From NCBI GenBank assembly GCA_963785965.1, contig CAWAXE010000007.1:3-64002 (forward strand): a stretch of 64,000 nucleotides of DNA, given 5' to 3'. This document shows positions 19,463-32,200 of this stretch, one piece after another. Within the stretch, counting starts at the first letter, position 1; each line of letters begins with the position of its first letter. The notes beneath the pieces are model-generated. The model did not search any database and had not been told where the DNA came from. It was given only the letters and a program-made list of their open reading frames with translations. Source of the stretch: an uncultured Alphaproteobacteria bacterium (lineage in GTDB: Bacteria > Pseudomonadota > Alphaproteobacteria > Sphingomonadales > Sphingomonadaceae). The position numbers and the translations under genes are program-made.

Positions 19463-22400
19463 CTGCGACACCGGTCGTCACTGACCGGGCCGAGCTGAGG
19501 CGCGCCTACCGGCCCGACGAAGAGCAGGTCGTCGCCGAGCGTCTCAATGAGGCGCGGGTCGAGGCCAATGTGCTCGGTGAAGCCACGGCGATGGCGCGGA
19601 CGCTGGTCAAAGGGGTCCGGGCGCAGAAGCCGTCGGGCATCGACGCGTTCCTTCACACCTACGATCTCGGCTCCGACGAGGGCATCGCGATGATGTGCCT
19701 GGCCGAGGCTTTGCTGCGGATTCCCGACGCGCACACCGCCGACGAGCTGATCGCCGACAAGCTGGCCGGACCGGACTGGTCCGAGAAGCTCGGGGCGTCA
19801 GGCTCGTCGTTCGTCAATGCGACGACCTTCTCGCTGCTGCTGACGGGCAAGGTGCTCGAAGGCGCGGCTGACCAGTCCGACAATTGGAAGGCGGTGCTTG
19901 GCCGCGCGGTCGGGCGTCTTGGCGAGCCAGTTGTGCGGACGGCCGTGCGCGAGGCGATGAAGATTCTCGGGCGCAATTTCGTCTTCGGCCGGACCATCGA
20001 CGAGGCACTGAAGCGGGCCGAGCCCGAGCGGCGGCAGGGCCTCAGCCACAGCTTCGACATGCTCGGCGAGGCGGCGCGCACCTATGACGATGCTGAGCGC
20101 TACGCGAATTCGTATCGCAACGCGCTCGACCGCATTGCCAAGGCGGCAAAGGGCGACTTCCGGCAGTCGCCTGGGATTTCCGTCAAGCTGACCGCGCTTT
20201 ACCCGCGCTTTGAATATACCCACGGGTCCGAAGCCGTGGCGGCGGTGGTGCCGGTCATGCGCGAGCTCGCGCTCAAAGCGGCGAAGGCCGACGTCCATCT
20301 GACCATCGACGCCGAAGAAGCCGACCGGCTGGAGCTCCAGCTCGACGTGTTCGAGGCGCTGCTTGCCGATGACTCGCTGTTCGCGAACGGCTGGGGCGGT
20401 TTCGGGATCGCCATCCAGGCCTATCAGAAGCGGGCCGCGCCTTTGTGCGACTGGGTGGCCGACGCGGCGCGGGCGCATGGCCGCAAGCTCATGGTCCGCC
20501 TCGTGAAAGGCGCTTATTGGGACACCGAGATCAAGGCGGCGCAGGTCGCCGGACTGCCCGACTATCCGGTCTTCACCCGCAAGGTCGCGACGGACGTTTC
20601 CTATCTGGCCTGCGCGAAGAAGCTGTTCGCCGCGAGCGATGCCATCTTTCCAGCGTTCGCGACCCACAATGCGAATACCATCGGGCAGGTGAAGGCGCTT
20701 TCCGCCGGTCGCCCATTCGAGTTTCAGCGCCTTCACGGCATGGGCGAGGCGCTTTACGATGAATTGGCCAAGCTCGAGGACGGGATCGGCGATCCGCGCA
20801 CGCCGGTGCGCATCTACGCGCCGGTTGGCAGCCACAAGGAACTGCTCGCCTACCTCGTGCGACGCCTCCTCGAGAACGGCGCCAATTCCAGCTTCGTCAA
20901 CCGCATCGCCGATGAGCACGTCTCGCTCGACGAGCTGGTCAGGGATCCCGTCGCCGAGCTCGACGCGCTTCAGCCCAAGCGCAATCCGAAGATCGTCCTT
21001 CCTCGCGATGTGTTCGGCCCCAACCGCCGCAACAGCGCGGGCGTCGACCTGTCCGACCCGCGGGTTCGCGAGCCGCTGCTCGAGCGGCTGAAGGCACTCG
21101 AGAGCCGCAGTTGGACGGCCAAGCCTGGCCTTGGAAAGGGTGAGGGCAGGCCCATCGTGTCGCCGCAGGACCACCGCGTCACGGTTGGAACCGTGTTCGA
21201 GGCGACTGCCGCGGAGGTCGACCGGATGGCCCACGCTGGTCACGCCGCGCAGGTCGACTGGGACGCGCTTGGCGGCGAGGCGCGGGCGGAGCTGCTCGAC
21301 CGCGCCGCCGACCTCTACGAGGCCCATGCGGAGGAATTCTTCTCGCTCTGTATTCGTGAAGGCGGAAAGACGTTGATCGACGCGGTGCTCGAAGTGCGCG
21401 AGGCGGTCGACTTCCTGCGCTTCTATGCGTCCGAGGCGCGACGGCAGTTCACCCGGCCGCTACCGCTTCCGGGCCCGACCGGAGAGCAGAACGCGCTCCG
21501 CCTGCATGGCCGCGGTGTGTTCGCGAGCATTTCGCCGTGGAATTTCCCACTGGCGATTTTCACCGGCCTAATTTCGGCGCCGCTGGCTGCGGGCAATGCC
21601 GTGATCGCCAAGCCCGCCGGGCAAACACCGCTGATCGGCGCGTTTGCCGTCGAACTGATGCACCAGGCGGGCATTCCCAGGGACGTCCTCCAGCTCGCAC
21701 CGGGCGCGGGCAGGGTGGTGGGCGGAACGCTGACCGCGCACGCCCTGCTCGCGGGCGTCGTTTTCACCGGCTCGACCGAGACTGCGCGAATGATCAACCG
21801 CACTCTCGCCGACCGCGACGGGCCGATCATCCCGTTCATCGCCGAAACGGGCGGGCAGAACGCGATGATCGTCGATAGTTCCGCCCTACCCGAGCAGGTC
21901 ACACGCGACGTCATCTCCTCCGCTTTCCAGAGCACAGGCCAGCGTTGCTCCGCCTTGCGCGTGCTGTTCGTCCAGGAAGACGTCGCTGACGGGATCATCA
22001 CGATGATCGCGGGCGCGATGAAAGCGCTGAAGGTCGGCGATCCATGCGACCTTGCGACCGATGTCGGGCCCGGTCATCGACGAGGCTGCCAGGCGGTTGC
22101 TCGACGAGCACATCGAATGGCTGGACAAGAACGCCAGGCGTATCTGCCGTCTGGAGCCGCCGAAAGAGGCGAAGCACGGTTGCTTCGTTCCTCCCGCCTT
22201 TTATGAGATCAAGTCGCTAAGCCAATTGAATCATGAGAATTTCGGGCCGATCCTGCACGTGATTCGCTTCCCCGCGGATGGCACTTGCGCAGGTCGTCGA
22301 GGACATCAACGCGACGGGCTACGGTCTCACCCTCGGCCTCCAGAGCCGCATCGATACGGTTCGCGATTATGTCGAGGAACATGCCCGCGTCGGCAATTTT

Positions 22401-22591
22401 TACGTCAACCGCAACCAGATCGGGGCCGTGGTCGAAAGCCAGCCATTCGGCGGCGAGGGCCTCTCAGCGGGACGGGTCCCAAAGCTGGCGGGCCGCATTA
22501 CGTCGCCCGCTTCGCAACCGAGCGAGTCACCTGCATCGACACGACCGCCGCCGGCGGGAACGCATCGCTGATGGCGGCGCTCGAGGGCTGA
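19459..22591 (+). CDS. putA: Bifunctional proline dehydrogenase / P5C dehydrogenase; start uncertain, frameshifts near the 3' end
   Basis: [99 protein letters not shown]. Confidence 0.95.
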
Positions 22592-22705
22592 GCGCTTCAT
22601 GTCCCGGTAAGGGACAATTTAGTAGTTTGCGTTGATTCTGATACGAATATGGACGTTTTGAGCGGGCTAGGCCGAGGGATTCCGGCTGCCTTGGGTAGGG
22701 GTTGC

Positions 22706-24473
22706 ATGGTCTTGAGGCATTTTGAGCGACGGCATCGAGCGCGCCCGGAGCGCGGCCTTGAAGCTTGCCGGGATCGAGCTGCCGCGCGTTCTTGCCGAGG
22801 CGCTCGCCGATTGCCGTCAGCATTTCATCGCTGCCGCGGTGTTCAGCCTGCTCATCAACATCCTTTATCTCGCGCCGACGCTCTACATGCTGCAGGTCTA
22901 CGACCGGGTCGTCCCGACCGGCGGCAAGACGACCTTGCTGTTCGTGACGATGGCGCTCGCGCTGGCGCTGCTGACGCTCTCGATCCTCGACATGGTCCGC
23001 AACCGGCTGCTGGTTCGCGCCAGCCAGCGGATCGACGCCTTGCTCGCTCCCGGATCCTCAAGCAGATGATGGCCAAGGATTCGGGCGCGGCGGGCCAGGC
23101 CATGCGCGATTTCGACCTGGTCCGCTCGGCGATCGCGACGCCGACCGTGGCCGCGATGTTCGACGCGCCGTGGACCCCCGTCTTCCTGCTTGACCGCCTT
23201 CCTGCTCCACTTCTGGATCGGAATGCTCGCGGTGGTGGCGTCGATCCTCCTCGTGACGCTCGCCTGGTTCAACCAGCGCGCGACGCAGAAGAAGATGGAG
23301 GTCGCGACCTCCGCGATGGCGGCGGCGCACAATTCGCAGCAGGCGATCGCGGTCCATGGAACGACCGTGAAGGGCCTCGGCATGACCGGCGCGATGGTCG
23401 AGCGGCAGCTCGGTCACCGCCGGCTCGCGCTCGCCAACATGATCAGCGCGCAGTTCGGCGGCGGCAAGCTGACCGCGACGAGCCGGTTTTTCCGCTTGTT
23501 CGTCCAGTCGGTCGCGCTCGGCCTCGGCGCTTTGCTGGCGATCGCCGGCGACATCTCGGGGGGTGCGATCATCGCTTCGTCGGTGCTTCTGAGCCGCGCG
23601 CTGCAGCCGATCGAGAGCATTATCGGCGGCTGGTCGTCGCTCGCCTCGGCCCGCGCGGGCGCGCGGCGGCTGTCGCGAGCGCTCGAAAATATGGACGAAG
23701 AGCGGATCTACACGGCGCTTCCGGCGCCCGAAGGCGTGCTCGCAGGTCGAGGAAGTCGGGCTGCGTGGCCGCGACGGCCGGCCGGTCCTGGTCGGCGTCA
23801 GCTTCCGCGCCGATCCGGGCAAGATCCTCGGCATCATCGGCCCGAGCGGATCGGGCAAGACGACCTTGGGCAAGATCCTCATCGGCGCGCTCCAGCCGAC
23901 CGTGGGCACCGTGCGGATCGACGGCGCGCGCCTGACCGACTGGGAGCAGGACGAGCTCGGCAAGCACTTCGGCTACATGCCGCAGGAGCCGTCGCTGTTC
24001 GAAGGGACGATCAAGGAGAATATTGCGCGCTTCTCGCGCGGACGCGGCAGCGAGGAAGCCAAGAAGATCGACGAGGCGGTGGTCAGCGCCGCGATGGAAG
24101 CCGGGATCCACGAGCTCATCCTCCAGCTTCCGCAAGGCTATGACACGACGCTCGGCCTGATGGGCGCGGGGCTGTCGGCGGGGCAGGCGCAGCGCATGGC
24201 GCTGGCGCGGGCGCTGTACGGCGAACCGCGGCTGCTCGTGCTCGACGAACCCAATGCCTTTCTCGACCAGAATGGCGAGGAGGCGCTGCTGCGGGCGATC
24301 ACCAAGGCACGGGCGCGGGGAGCGACGGTGATCGTCATCGCGCACCGCCGCGGAGTGCTGCAGCGGCCGACCGGCTGCTGGTGCTGGAAGAGGGCCGTCC
24401 GAAGATGATCGGTCCCGCGTCCGAGGTCGTCGCCCGCCTGACTGGACCCAAGGCTGCGGAGAATGCGGCGTGA
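22706..24473 (+). CDS. Type I secretion system permease/ATPase, PrtD-like (frameshifted)
   Basis: LYMLQVYDRVV, FDAPW, GAIIASSVLLSRALQP, GPSGSGKT, GYMPQ, LSAGQAQR, LDEPNA. Confidence 0.9.
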
Positions 24474-25812
24474 GCGAAGTCGTCGCACTTGCAGCCCATG
24501 CACAGCGAAGCGGGCAACCCGCGCGCGGAGATCCGTGCAGGTCTCTCGGTCGCGATCCTGTTCTTTGTCGTATTCCTCGGCTGGGCGGCGTTTGTCCCGC
24601 TGGATGCCGGTGTGAGCGCCCGGGCACGGTCGCAGTCCTCGGCAATCGGCAAACCGTGCAGCACAAGGACGGCGGGGTCATCACCGCGATCCGCGTGCGC
24701 GAAGGCCAGCATGTCCAGGCGGGCCAGGTTTTGGTCGAGCTCTCGGCGCCCGAGCTCCAGGCGGCGGAACGCGCGCTGACCAGCGATTATCTGACGCTGC
24801 TCGCGCAGCGCGCGCGGCTGCTCGCCGAACGGACTGGCCAGCACAACTTCGCTCCGCCAGCCGAATTTGCGTCGCTCAGTCCCGCAGGATCGCGAGATCG
24901 CGGCGCAGGTGATGGCAGCTCCAGCGCTCGGAGATGGACGCGCGGTCCGGTTCGGTGTCGGCCCAGCAATCGGTGCTCGGCCAGCGCGCGCAGCAGCTTG
25001 TCCAGCAGCAGGGCGGCTATACCCAGCAGCGCGCGGCGCTGATCGAGCAGCAGAGGCTGATCGGCGAGGAGCTGGCGGGCCTGAAAAGCATCGCCGCAAA
25101 GGGCTTCGCGTCGATGAACCGCGTGCGTGAGCTCGAACGCGCCGAGGCCGAGCTCAAGGGCCAGCAGGCAGCATGGAAGCCGAATACGCCCGTGCCGGCG
25201 AAGGGATCGGCGAGACCAGGATGCAGTCGCTGAGCGTCGTCCGCGGCCGGCAGGAGCAGATCGAATCCGATTTGAAGGACACGCAAAGCAAGCTTTCGGA
25301 GACGCTTCCCAAGCTGGTGGCGACGCGCGAGCAACTGGAGCATTCGATGGTCCGCGCGCCCGTCACCGGGCAGGTCGTCGGCCTCACCGTCTTCACCATC
25401 GGCGGGGTTGTCGCTCCGGGCCAGAAGCTGATGGACATCGTTCCCGACGGGCGCGAGCTGGTGATCCAGACGCAATTGAAGCCGACCGATGCCGACGACG
25501 CCTATCCGGGCCAGCCGGCGCAAGTCCGCTTCATGAGCATCCACAATCGCTCGCTGCCGTTGTTCACCGGACGCGTCCGGACCGTGTCGGCGGACAGCTT
25601 CACCGACGAGAAGACCGGCCGCACCTTCTTCCGCGCGGAGATCGTCGTTCCAGAAAAGGAGCTCAACGAAGTGCGCTCGGTGCTCGGCCAGGGCGAGCTT
25701 CGGCCCGGGCTTGCCGGTCGAGGTCGTGATGACGGTCCGCAAGCGCACCGCGCTGCAATATCTGCTGGAGCCGCTGACCGGCGCGCTTTGGCGCTCGGGT
25801 CACGAAGACTGA
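24470..25812 (+). CDS. HlyD-family type I secretion membrane fusion protein (frameshifted)
   Basis: FLGWAAFVPLDAGV, QTVQHKDGG, RAPVTGQV, GGVVAPG..LMDIVP, VSADSF, RTALQYLLEPL. Confidence 0.9.
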
Positions 25813-25836
25813 GAGCCGGCTCCTCGCACTCCGCTT

Positions 25837-25866
25837 ATGTCTAGCGATGGGTGGGAAGCAGACATT
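25837..25866 (+). repeat. GTCCGC...GCGGAC palindrome-family copy
   Basis: atgtctagc-gatgggtgggaa-gcagacatt, an imperfect hairpin similar to 26413-26448. Confidence 0.65.
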
Positions 25867-25879
25867 TGGCCAACGTGTT

Positions 25880-26360
25880 TTCTAGAGTCTGGCCAGGAGG
25901 GCGAGCGGAGCCGACGAGGAGCGTCAGCGTCGCAAACGTCAGGCCCATCAAAAAGAGTGCCGGTTTGTTGGCGGTTTAACTCCATGGGAACAGCGAAAGC
26001 CCAAGTGATGCGTTGCCGCGATCGCCGGATAAACTGCGTCGCACCAAGTTATGTGATCGGACTAGCCCGAAGGCCAACGACGTGGCGTGACTGAACAGCA
26101 ACACCAAACGTTAGGAACGTTGCGATGATCACGGCGGTCGCGCCTGCGAATTGGCTCTTGCGGAGCGCGACGTGAGAAGCGCCAGTCCAAAGACTGCGTC
26201 TTTTATGCCACCCTCTGCGAACACGCACTCACCGGAAATGATGAGGGTTCGCACTCAGCGCAGCGACCGTTCGATGCTCATCGTGCCGAACAAGGAAGCG
26301 CCATTCCGACCACGATTAGAACAGAACTGTTCGGTGCCCTGACCAGAGCTTAGAGGTCAT
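25880..26360 (-). pseudogene. Possible small membrane-protein gene, heavily frameshifted
   Basis: Lower-GC segment. Minus-strand frames give hydrophobic pieces (MTSKLWS; LIVVGMAL; GIKDAVFGLALLT; AVIIATFLTFGVAV; LFLMGLTFATLTLLVG) but no continuous ORF. Confidence 0.35.
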
Positions 26361-26412
26361 CGCTTCATCCCCGCGAACGGACATCCGAGCGGGCAATCAT
26401 TCTAGCTAAATA

Positions 26413-26448
26413 GCTAATGTCCGCAATGGGTCGAAAGCGGACGTTAGC
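26413..26448 (+). repeat. GTCCGC...GCGGAC palindrome-family copy (best preserved)
   Basis: gctaatgtccgc-aatgggtcgaaa-gcggacgttagc: 12-bp stem with one T/G mismatch and a 12-nt loop. Confidence 0.75.
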
Positions 26449-26512
26449 GCGACATGGCTTAGTCGGCAGGACACTTGCGTACGAAACCGGTCTGAGGAAA
26501 TGGGAGAAGAGA

Positions 26513-26587
26513 TGGCTCCCCGGGCCTGATTCGAACAGGCGACCATTCGATTAACAGTCGAACGCTCTACCGCTGAGCTACCGGGGA
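26513..26587 (-). tRNA. tRNA-Asn(GTT)
   Basis: TCCCCGGTAGCTCAGCGGTAGAGCGTTCGACTGTTAATCGAATGGTCGCCTGTTCGAATCAGGCCCGGGGAGCCA: cloverleaf, GTT anticodon, encoded CCA. Confidence 0.97.
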
Positions 26588-26645
26588 ATGCCGTCTTGAG
26601 AGGCGCGGCTAGATAGCGAAGCAGTCCAAAGGCAAGCGGGTGTGG

Positions 26646-27438
26646 TCAGGTCGCGAACTGCTCCAGCGCGATGCGCTCGTCGAGCGCGTGCTCGGGATCG
26701 AACAAAAGCGTCAGCGAGCGCTCGCGGTCGAGCGTCGACCTCGACCTTGGCGACATCGCGCACCTCGATCTGGTCGGCGACCGCCGAGACCGGGCGGTTC
26801 TCGGCCTCGAGCACGCGGAAGCAGACCTGGTTCTCGTCGGGCAGGATGGCGCCCGACCAGCGCCGCGGACGGAACGGGCTGATCGGCGTCAGCGCGAGCA
26901 TCTTCGCCGCGAGCGGCAGAATCGGGCCGTGCGCCGACAGATTGTACGCCGTCGATCCGGCCGGGCGTCGCGACCAGCACGCCGTCGCACACCAGCTCGG
27001 GCATGACGACATGGCCGTTGACCAGCACTTCGATCTTGGCCGTCTGGCGCGTTTCGCGGAGCAGCGAGACTTCGTTGATCGCGGCGTGGGTGAAGGTCTT
27101 GCCGCCGACCGTCGTCGCCCGCATCTCGAGCGGCGCGACGCGGATCGCCTTGGCCGCCGCGATGCGCTCGGCGAGGCCCTCCAGCCGCCATTCGTTCATC
27201 AGGAAGCCGATCGTGCCGCGGTTCATGCCGAACACCGGCAGGTGCGGGCATTCGCCCTCCAGCATCCGGTGCAGAGTGTGGAGCATGAACCCGTCGCCGC
27301 CGAGCGCGACGAGGGTCTGCGCCCGGTCGTCGCTCGGCGAACGCATAGCGCTGGCGGAGCAGGCTTCGCCGGCGCGCGCGCATCTCCCGATGCGACGAAA
27401 GCAGGCCGATGCCGAGGCTGGCCAGGTCCTGGCTTCAT
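26646..27438 (-). CDS. nadK: NAD kinase (frameshifted)
   Basis: [65 protein letters not shown]. Confidence 0.92.
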
Positions 27439-27602
27439 GCGTCGCGGGACGGGAGCGTCTGCGCTCAAGCAGCATGTCCTCGGCAGCCTCAGATCGGGCT
27501 CAAAACATAGGAGCATCCGCGCCGCCCGTCACTGTCCCGTTTCGGCTCACGGCGGCAAGGCGTGCGTTCCGCCGTTCACGGCCGCTCGTTAGGCGCTCTT
27601 TC

Positions 27603-28439
27603 ATGACCAAGTGGGAAACGATGTTCGAGTGGGGGAGGCGGGCGTCCGATCGGGCAACATCGGCGCCCGCCGAACCGCGGACCGACCGATTGCTCGAGAG
27701 CGTCATCGCGCACGAGCAGATCGAGGTTCTCTATCCAGCCTTTGATCGAGCCGCGGACCGGCCGGATCGTCGGTGCCGAGGCGCTTGCGCGATCGTCAAT
27801 GCGCGTCGGCCGGCGAAGCTTGTTCTCGCGCGCCACCGCCGCGGGCCTGGACGAGCGCCTGTCGCGCCTCGTCCAACGCAAGGCGCTGCGTTGCGCCGCC
27901 GTATGGGAGGGCCCGCTCAAGGACCTCAAGATCTCGATCAACCTGCTGCCGCAGGAGATTTCGCGCGACGGGCTATGACCAGTGGCTGCTCGACGAGATT
28001 GCCGCGGCGGGCATCGATCCGTCGCGGGTGACGGTCGAGATCACCGAAAGTGCGCTGCTGATCGACCAGGCGGCGGTCGCCGAGCGCCTGGCCGCCTGCG
28101 CGACGAGGGGATCGGCATCGCGGTCGACGATTTCGGCACCGGCTACGCCAGCCTCGCCTATCTGACCTCGCTTGCCGCTCGACATGATCAAGATCGATCG
28201 CGGCCTCATCACCGACATCGTCGGCGGCGAGCGCGACCGGATCGTGGTCAAGGCGATGATCCGCCTCGCTCGCGAGCTCGGGCTCCAGGTGGTCGTCGAA
28301 GGCGTCGAAAGCACCGGCCAGCTGGCGCTCCTCGCCGACTGGGGCTGCGATCTCTACCAGGGGTTTCTCGGCGCGGGCGCGCTGACCCATGATGAACTGA
28401 CGCGGTTCGTCGCCGCGGCCGCAAGTCGAAGCCGCCTAG
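27603..28439 (+). CDS. Stand-alone EAL-domain c-di-GMP phosphodiesterase (frameshifted)
   Basis: GAEALAR, ISINL, VEITESA, DDFGTGYASLAYL, IKIDR, VEGVE, QGFL. Confidence 0.85.
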
Positions 28440-28483
28440 AACTTCCGTCGAAAGTTCGTGCTCGCTATCGGCCTCTGCCCCGC

Positions 28484-29273
28484 ATGTTCGTGCGCCAAGG
28501 TGGACAGAAGCTGTAGCGGACATGGCGTCGCATTGGCGGCGCTCTTGCTCGGCGAGCTGCCAGAAGGCCGAGCCGCCGGGCAATTCTCACAGGCCGCGCT
28601 CGACCGGCGCTCGCCGATCCCGGCGCGCAAGGATCAGGGCGACGCGTCGGACGCGCGGCGCAAGCCCGGGCCGCTGATCGCGCTTGCCGGCGTGAAGCCG
28701 GCGACAAGGTCCTGGACCTGATTCCGGGCAGCGGTTACTGGACCCGCATCTTCTAGCAAGATCGTCGGCCCGACGGCAAGGTCTATGCGGTCTGGCCGCA
28801 GGCCTACGCGCGCTACGCGACGGGCAATGTCGCGGACATGAGGAAGCTTTCCGCCGACAAATATTACGGCAACATCGTCACTGAGGTGCAGCCGAGCGAC
28901 GATGCTGACGCGCGCCCGAGCCGCTCGACGTCGTGTGGACGTCGCAAAATTACCACGATTATCCCGACGAATTTATGGGCAAGACCGACCCGGCTTACTC
29001 AACCGGCGGTGTTCAAGATCCTCAAGCCCGGCGGCACGTTCATGATCATCGACCATATGGCGAAGCCGGGGCGGGGCTTGGCCGACACCGAGAAGCTGCA
29101 CCGCATCGATCCCGCGATCGTCAGGAAGGAGGTCGAGGCCGCGGGCTTCAAATTCGCGGGCGAAAGCAAGGTGCTCGAACAATCCCGCCGACCCGCTCGA
29201 CATCCCGGTGTTCGACAAGTCGATCCGCGGCCACACCAGCCAGTTCGCCTACAAGTTCGTGAAGCCGAACTAG
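28484..29273 (+). CDS. Secreted class I SAM-dependent methyltransferase, COG4798-like (heavily frameshifted)
   Basis: DARRKP..L...GVKP, DLIPGSGYWTRIF, DVVWTSQNYHD, LKPGG..IIDH, LHRIDP, EVEAAGF, IRGHTSQF. Confidence 0.75.
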
Positions 29274-32200
29274 GCCGGCTCAAGCTCCTTTTTCGCGGCT
29301 TCGCCGGCGGCAGCAACACCGCGCCAGGCCGCGCGAGAGCTGCAGCGCGCCGTTCGAGCCGCGCTTCGGCCGTCGGCCAGTTGCGCGAGACGACGATCTT
29401 GCTGTCGGGCCTGAGCTTTGCCGCGCCCTTCAGGCGCTCGATGTAGCCGAGCAGGCCCGGCAGATCGGGGAAGCCGCCGGCGGCGAACGTCACGACCGCG
29501 CCGCGCGGCGCCGATGTCGAGCTTGGCGATGCTCGCCTGCGCGGCATTGCAGCTTGACCTCGACGATCTTCATCAGGTTCGCGGTCTCGTCGGGGAGCCC
29601 TCCGAAGCGGTCGATCAGCTCGGCGGCGAAGGCGTCGATCGCCGGGCCGGTCCTCGAGCTCGCCGAGGCGGCGGTAGAGTCCCATCCGGAGGTCGAGATC
29701 CGGGACGTAATGTCTCCGGGATCATGATCGGCGCATCGACGCTGATCTGCGGCGTGAACTCCTCGCGCCGGGGAACCCCGCCGGCCTTCATCTCGATGAT
29801 CGCGTCCTCGAGCATCGATTGGTAGAGCTCGAAGCCGACCTCCTTGATGTGGCCCGACTGCTCGTCGCCGAGCAGATTGCCGGCGCCGCGGATGTCGAGG
29901 TCGTGGCTGGCAAGCTGGAAGCCGGCGCCGAGGCTGTCGAGATCGGCGAGCACCTGCAGCCGCTTCTGCGCGGCCTCGGTGATCGACCGGTCGGCCGGCA
30001 TCGTGAGATAGGCGTAGGCGCGGGTCTTCGCCCGGCCGACGCGGCCGCGCAGCTGGTAGAGCTGGGCCAGGCCGAAGCGGTCGGAGCGATAGACGATGAG
30101 CGTGTTGGCGCTTGGGATATCGAGCCCGCTTTCGACGATCGTCGTCGACAGCAGCACATCATATTTGCGGTCGTAGAAAGCGCTCATCCGCTGCTCGACC
30201 TGCCCGGCGCTCATCTGGCCGTGCGCGGTCACCGACCTTCACCTCTGGGACGTGCTCGGCGAGCCACTCCTCGACGCCAGGGAGGTCGGCGATGCGCGGA
30301 ACGACGAAGAAGCTTTGTCCGCCGCGATAATGTTCGCGCAGCAGCGCCTCGCGCACCACGACCGGATCCCACGGGCTGACATAGGTGCGGATCGCAAGCC
30401 GGTCGACCGGCGGCGTCTGGATCACGACTGAGGTCGCGCAGGCCCGACATCGCCATCTGCAGCGTGCGCGGGATCGGAGTCGCCGTCAGCGTGAGCACGT
30501 GGACGTCGGCCCGAAGCGCCTTCAGCCGCTCCTTGTGGACCACTCCGAAATGCTGCTCCTCGTCGACAATGACGAGGCCCAGGCGCTTGAATTCAATGCT
30601 TTTCGCGAGCAGCGCGTGGGTGCCGATGACGATGTCCACCTGGCCGTTTGCGAGGCCTTCCTTGGTCTTCTTCGCTTCGGCCGGCGGGCACCAGACGCGA
30701 CAATCGCCCGACGTTGATTGGGAAGCCTTGCAGGCGCTCGACGAAGTTGGTGTAGTGCTGGCGCGTCGAGCAGGGTGGTGGGGCAGACCAGAGCGACCTG
30801 CTTGCCCGACATCGCCATGACGAAGGCCGCGCGCAGCGCGACCTCGGTCTTGCCGAAGCCGACGTCGCCGCACACCAGCCGGTCCATCGGCTTGCCGGCT
30901 TCAAGGTCGTTGAGCACGTCGTCGATCGCGCGGTCCTGGTCGTCAGTCTCCTCGTAGGGGAAGCGATCGACGAATTGCGGATAGCTCGAGTCCGGCTCGG
31001 CGACCACGCCGGGGCGCATCGCCCGCAGCGCAGCGGTCTTGATCAGCTCGCCCGCGATTTCGCGGATGCGCTCCTTCATCCGCGACTTGCGCCGCTGCCA
31101 CGCCTCGCCGCCGAGCCGGTCCAGGGCGACGCCCTCGCTGTCATGGCCGTAGCGTGAGAGCAGCTCGATATTCTCGACCGGCAAATAGAGCTTGTTGCCG
31201 CCGGCATATTCGAGGGCGACGCAGTCGTGCGGCACCTTGCTGACGGGGATTTGCGTCAGCCCCTCGTAGCGGCCGATGCCATGGTCGGCGTGCACCACGA
31301 GATCGCCCGGCGAAAGGGTCGCGAGCTCCTCGAGGAAGGCAGCGGCGGCCTTGCGCTTGCGGCGGCGGCGGACGAGCCGATCGCCGAGCATGTCCTGCTC
31401 GGTGAGGACCGCCACGTCGCGCGTGGTGAAACCGTGGTCCAGCGGAAGGACGAGCAGCGCCGGCTGGGTCCTGGACCCGAGCGCGTCCTGCCAGCTGTCG
31501 ACGTGCTTCTGCGCCTTGAGCCCATGCTCGTCGAGCAGCCCGCTCAAGCGTTCACGCGCACCTCGGGTGTAGCTCGCAAGCACGACTTTCCGGCCGTCGC
31601 GGCGAAGCCTTGCGATATGACCCGCGACTGCCTGATAGACATTGGTCTGCTGCGCCCGCTCGGGCGCGAAGTCGCGCGCCGGCTCGACCGCGAAGTCGAT
31701 CGTCCGCTCGGTTTCGGGCTCTGGAAACGGGGAGACGAGGTGGATCGGCCGCTCGGCTGACGGTGAGCGTTCCACTCATCCTTGAGCAGATACAGCGCCT
31801 GCGGTTCGAGTGGGCGATAGCTGCCCGGCTCCGATTGCATCGCCCGCACGCGGTTCTGGTAATAATCCTCGACCGCATCGCGCCGCGCCTCGAGCGCCGC
31901 ATCGGCGCCGGCGTCGCGCAGGATCAGGTCGTTCTCGCCGAGATGGTCGAACAGCGTCGAAAGCTTGTCTTCCAGCAGCGGAAGCCAATGCTCCATGCCG
32001 GCCATGCGGCGGCCCTCGGACAACGCCTGGTAGAGCGGGTCCTGAGTTGCGGTCGCGCCGAAGTTCTCGCGATAGCCGACGCGGAAGCGCTTGATGCTTT
32101 CGTCGTCGAGCAGGGCTTCCGACGCCGGCATCAAGGTGAAGCCGTCGGCTTTGTCGGTCGAGCGCTGGTCGGCCGGGTCGAAACGGCGCAGGCTGTCGAT

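Noticed and set aside
26513-26587. Integrative element at tRNA-Asn
   Set aside because: No integrase and no duplicated tRNA 3' end seen in the window.
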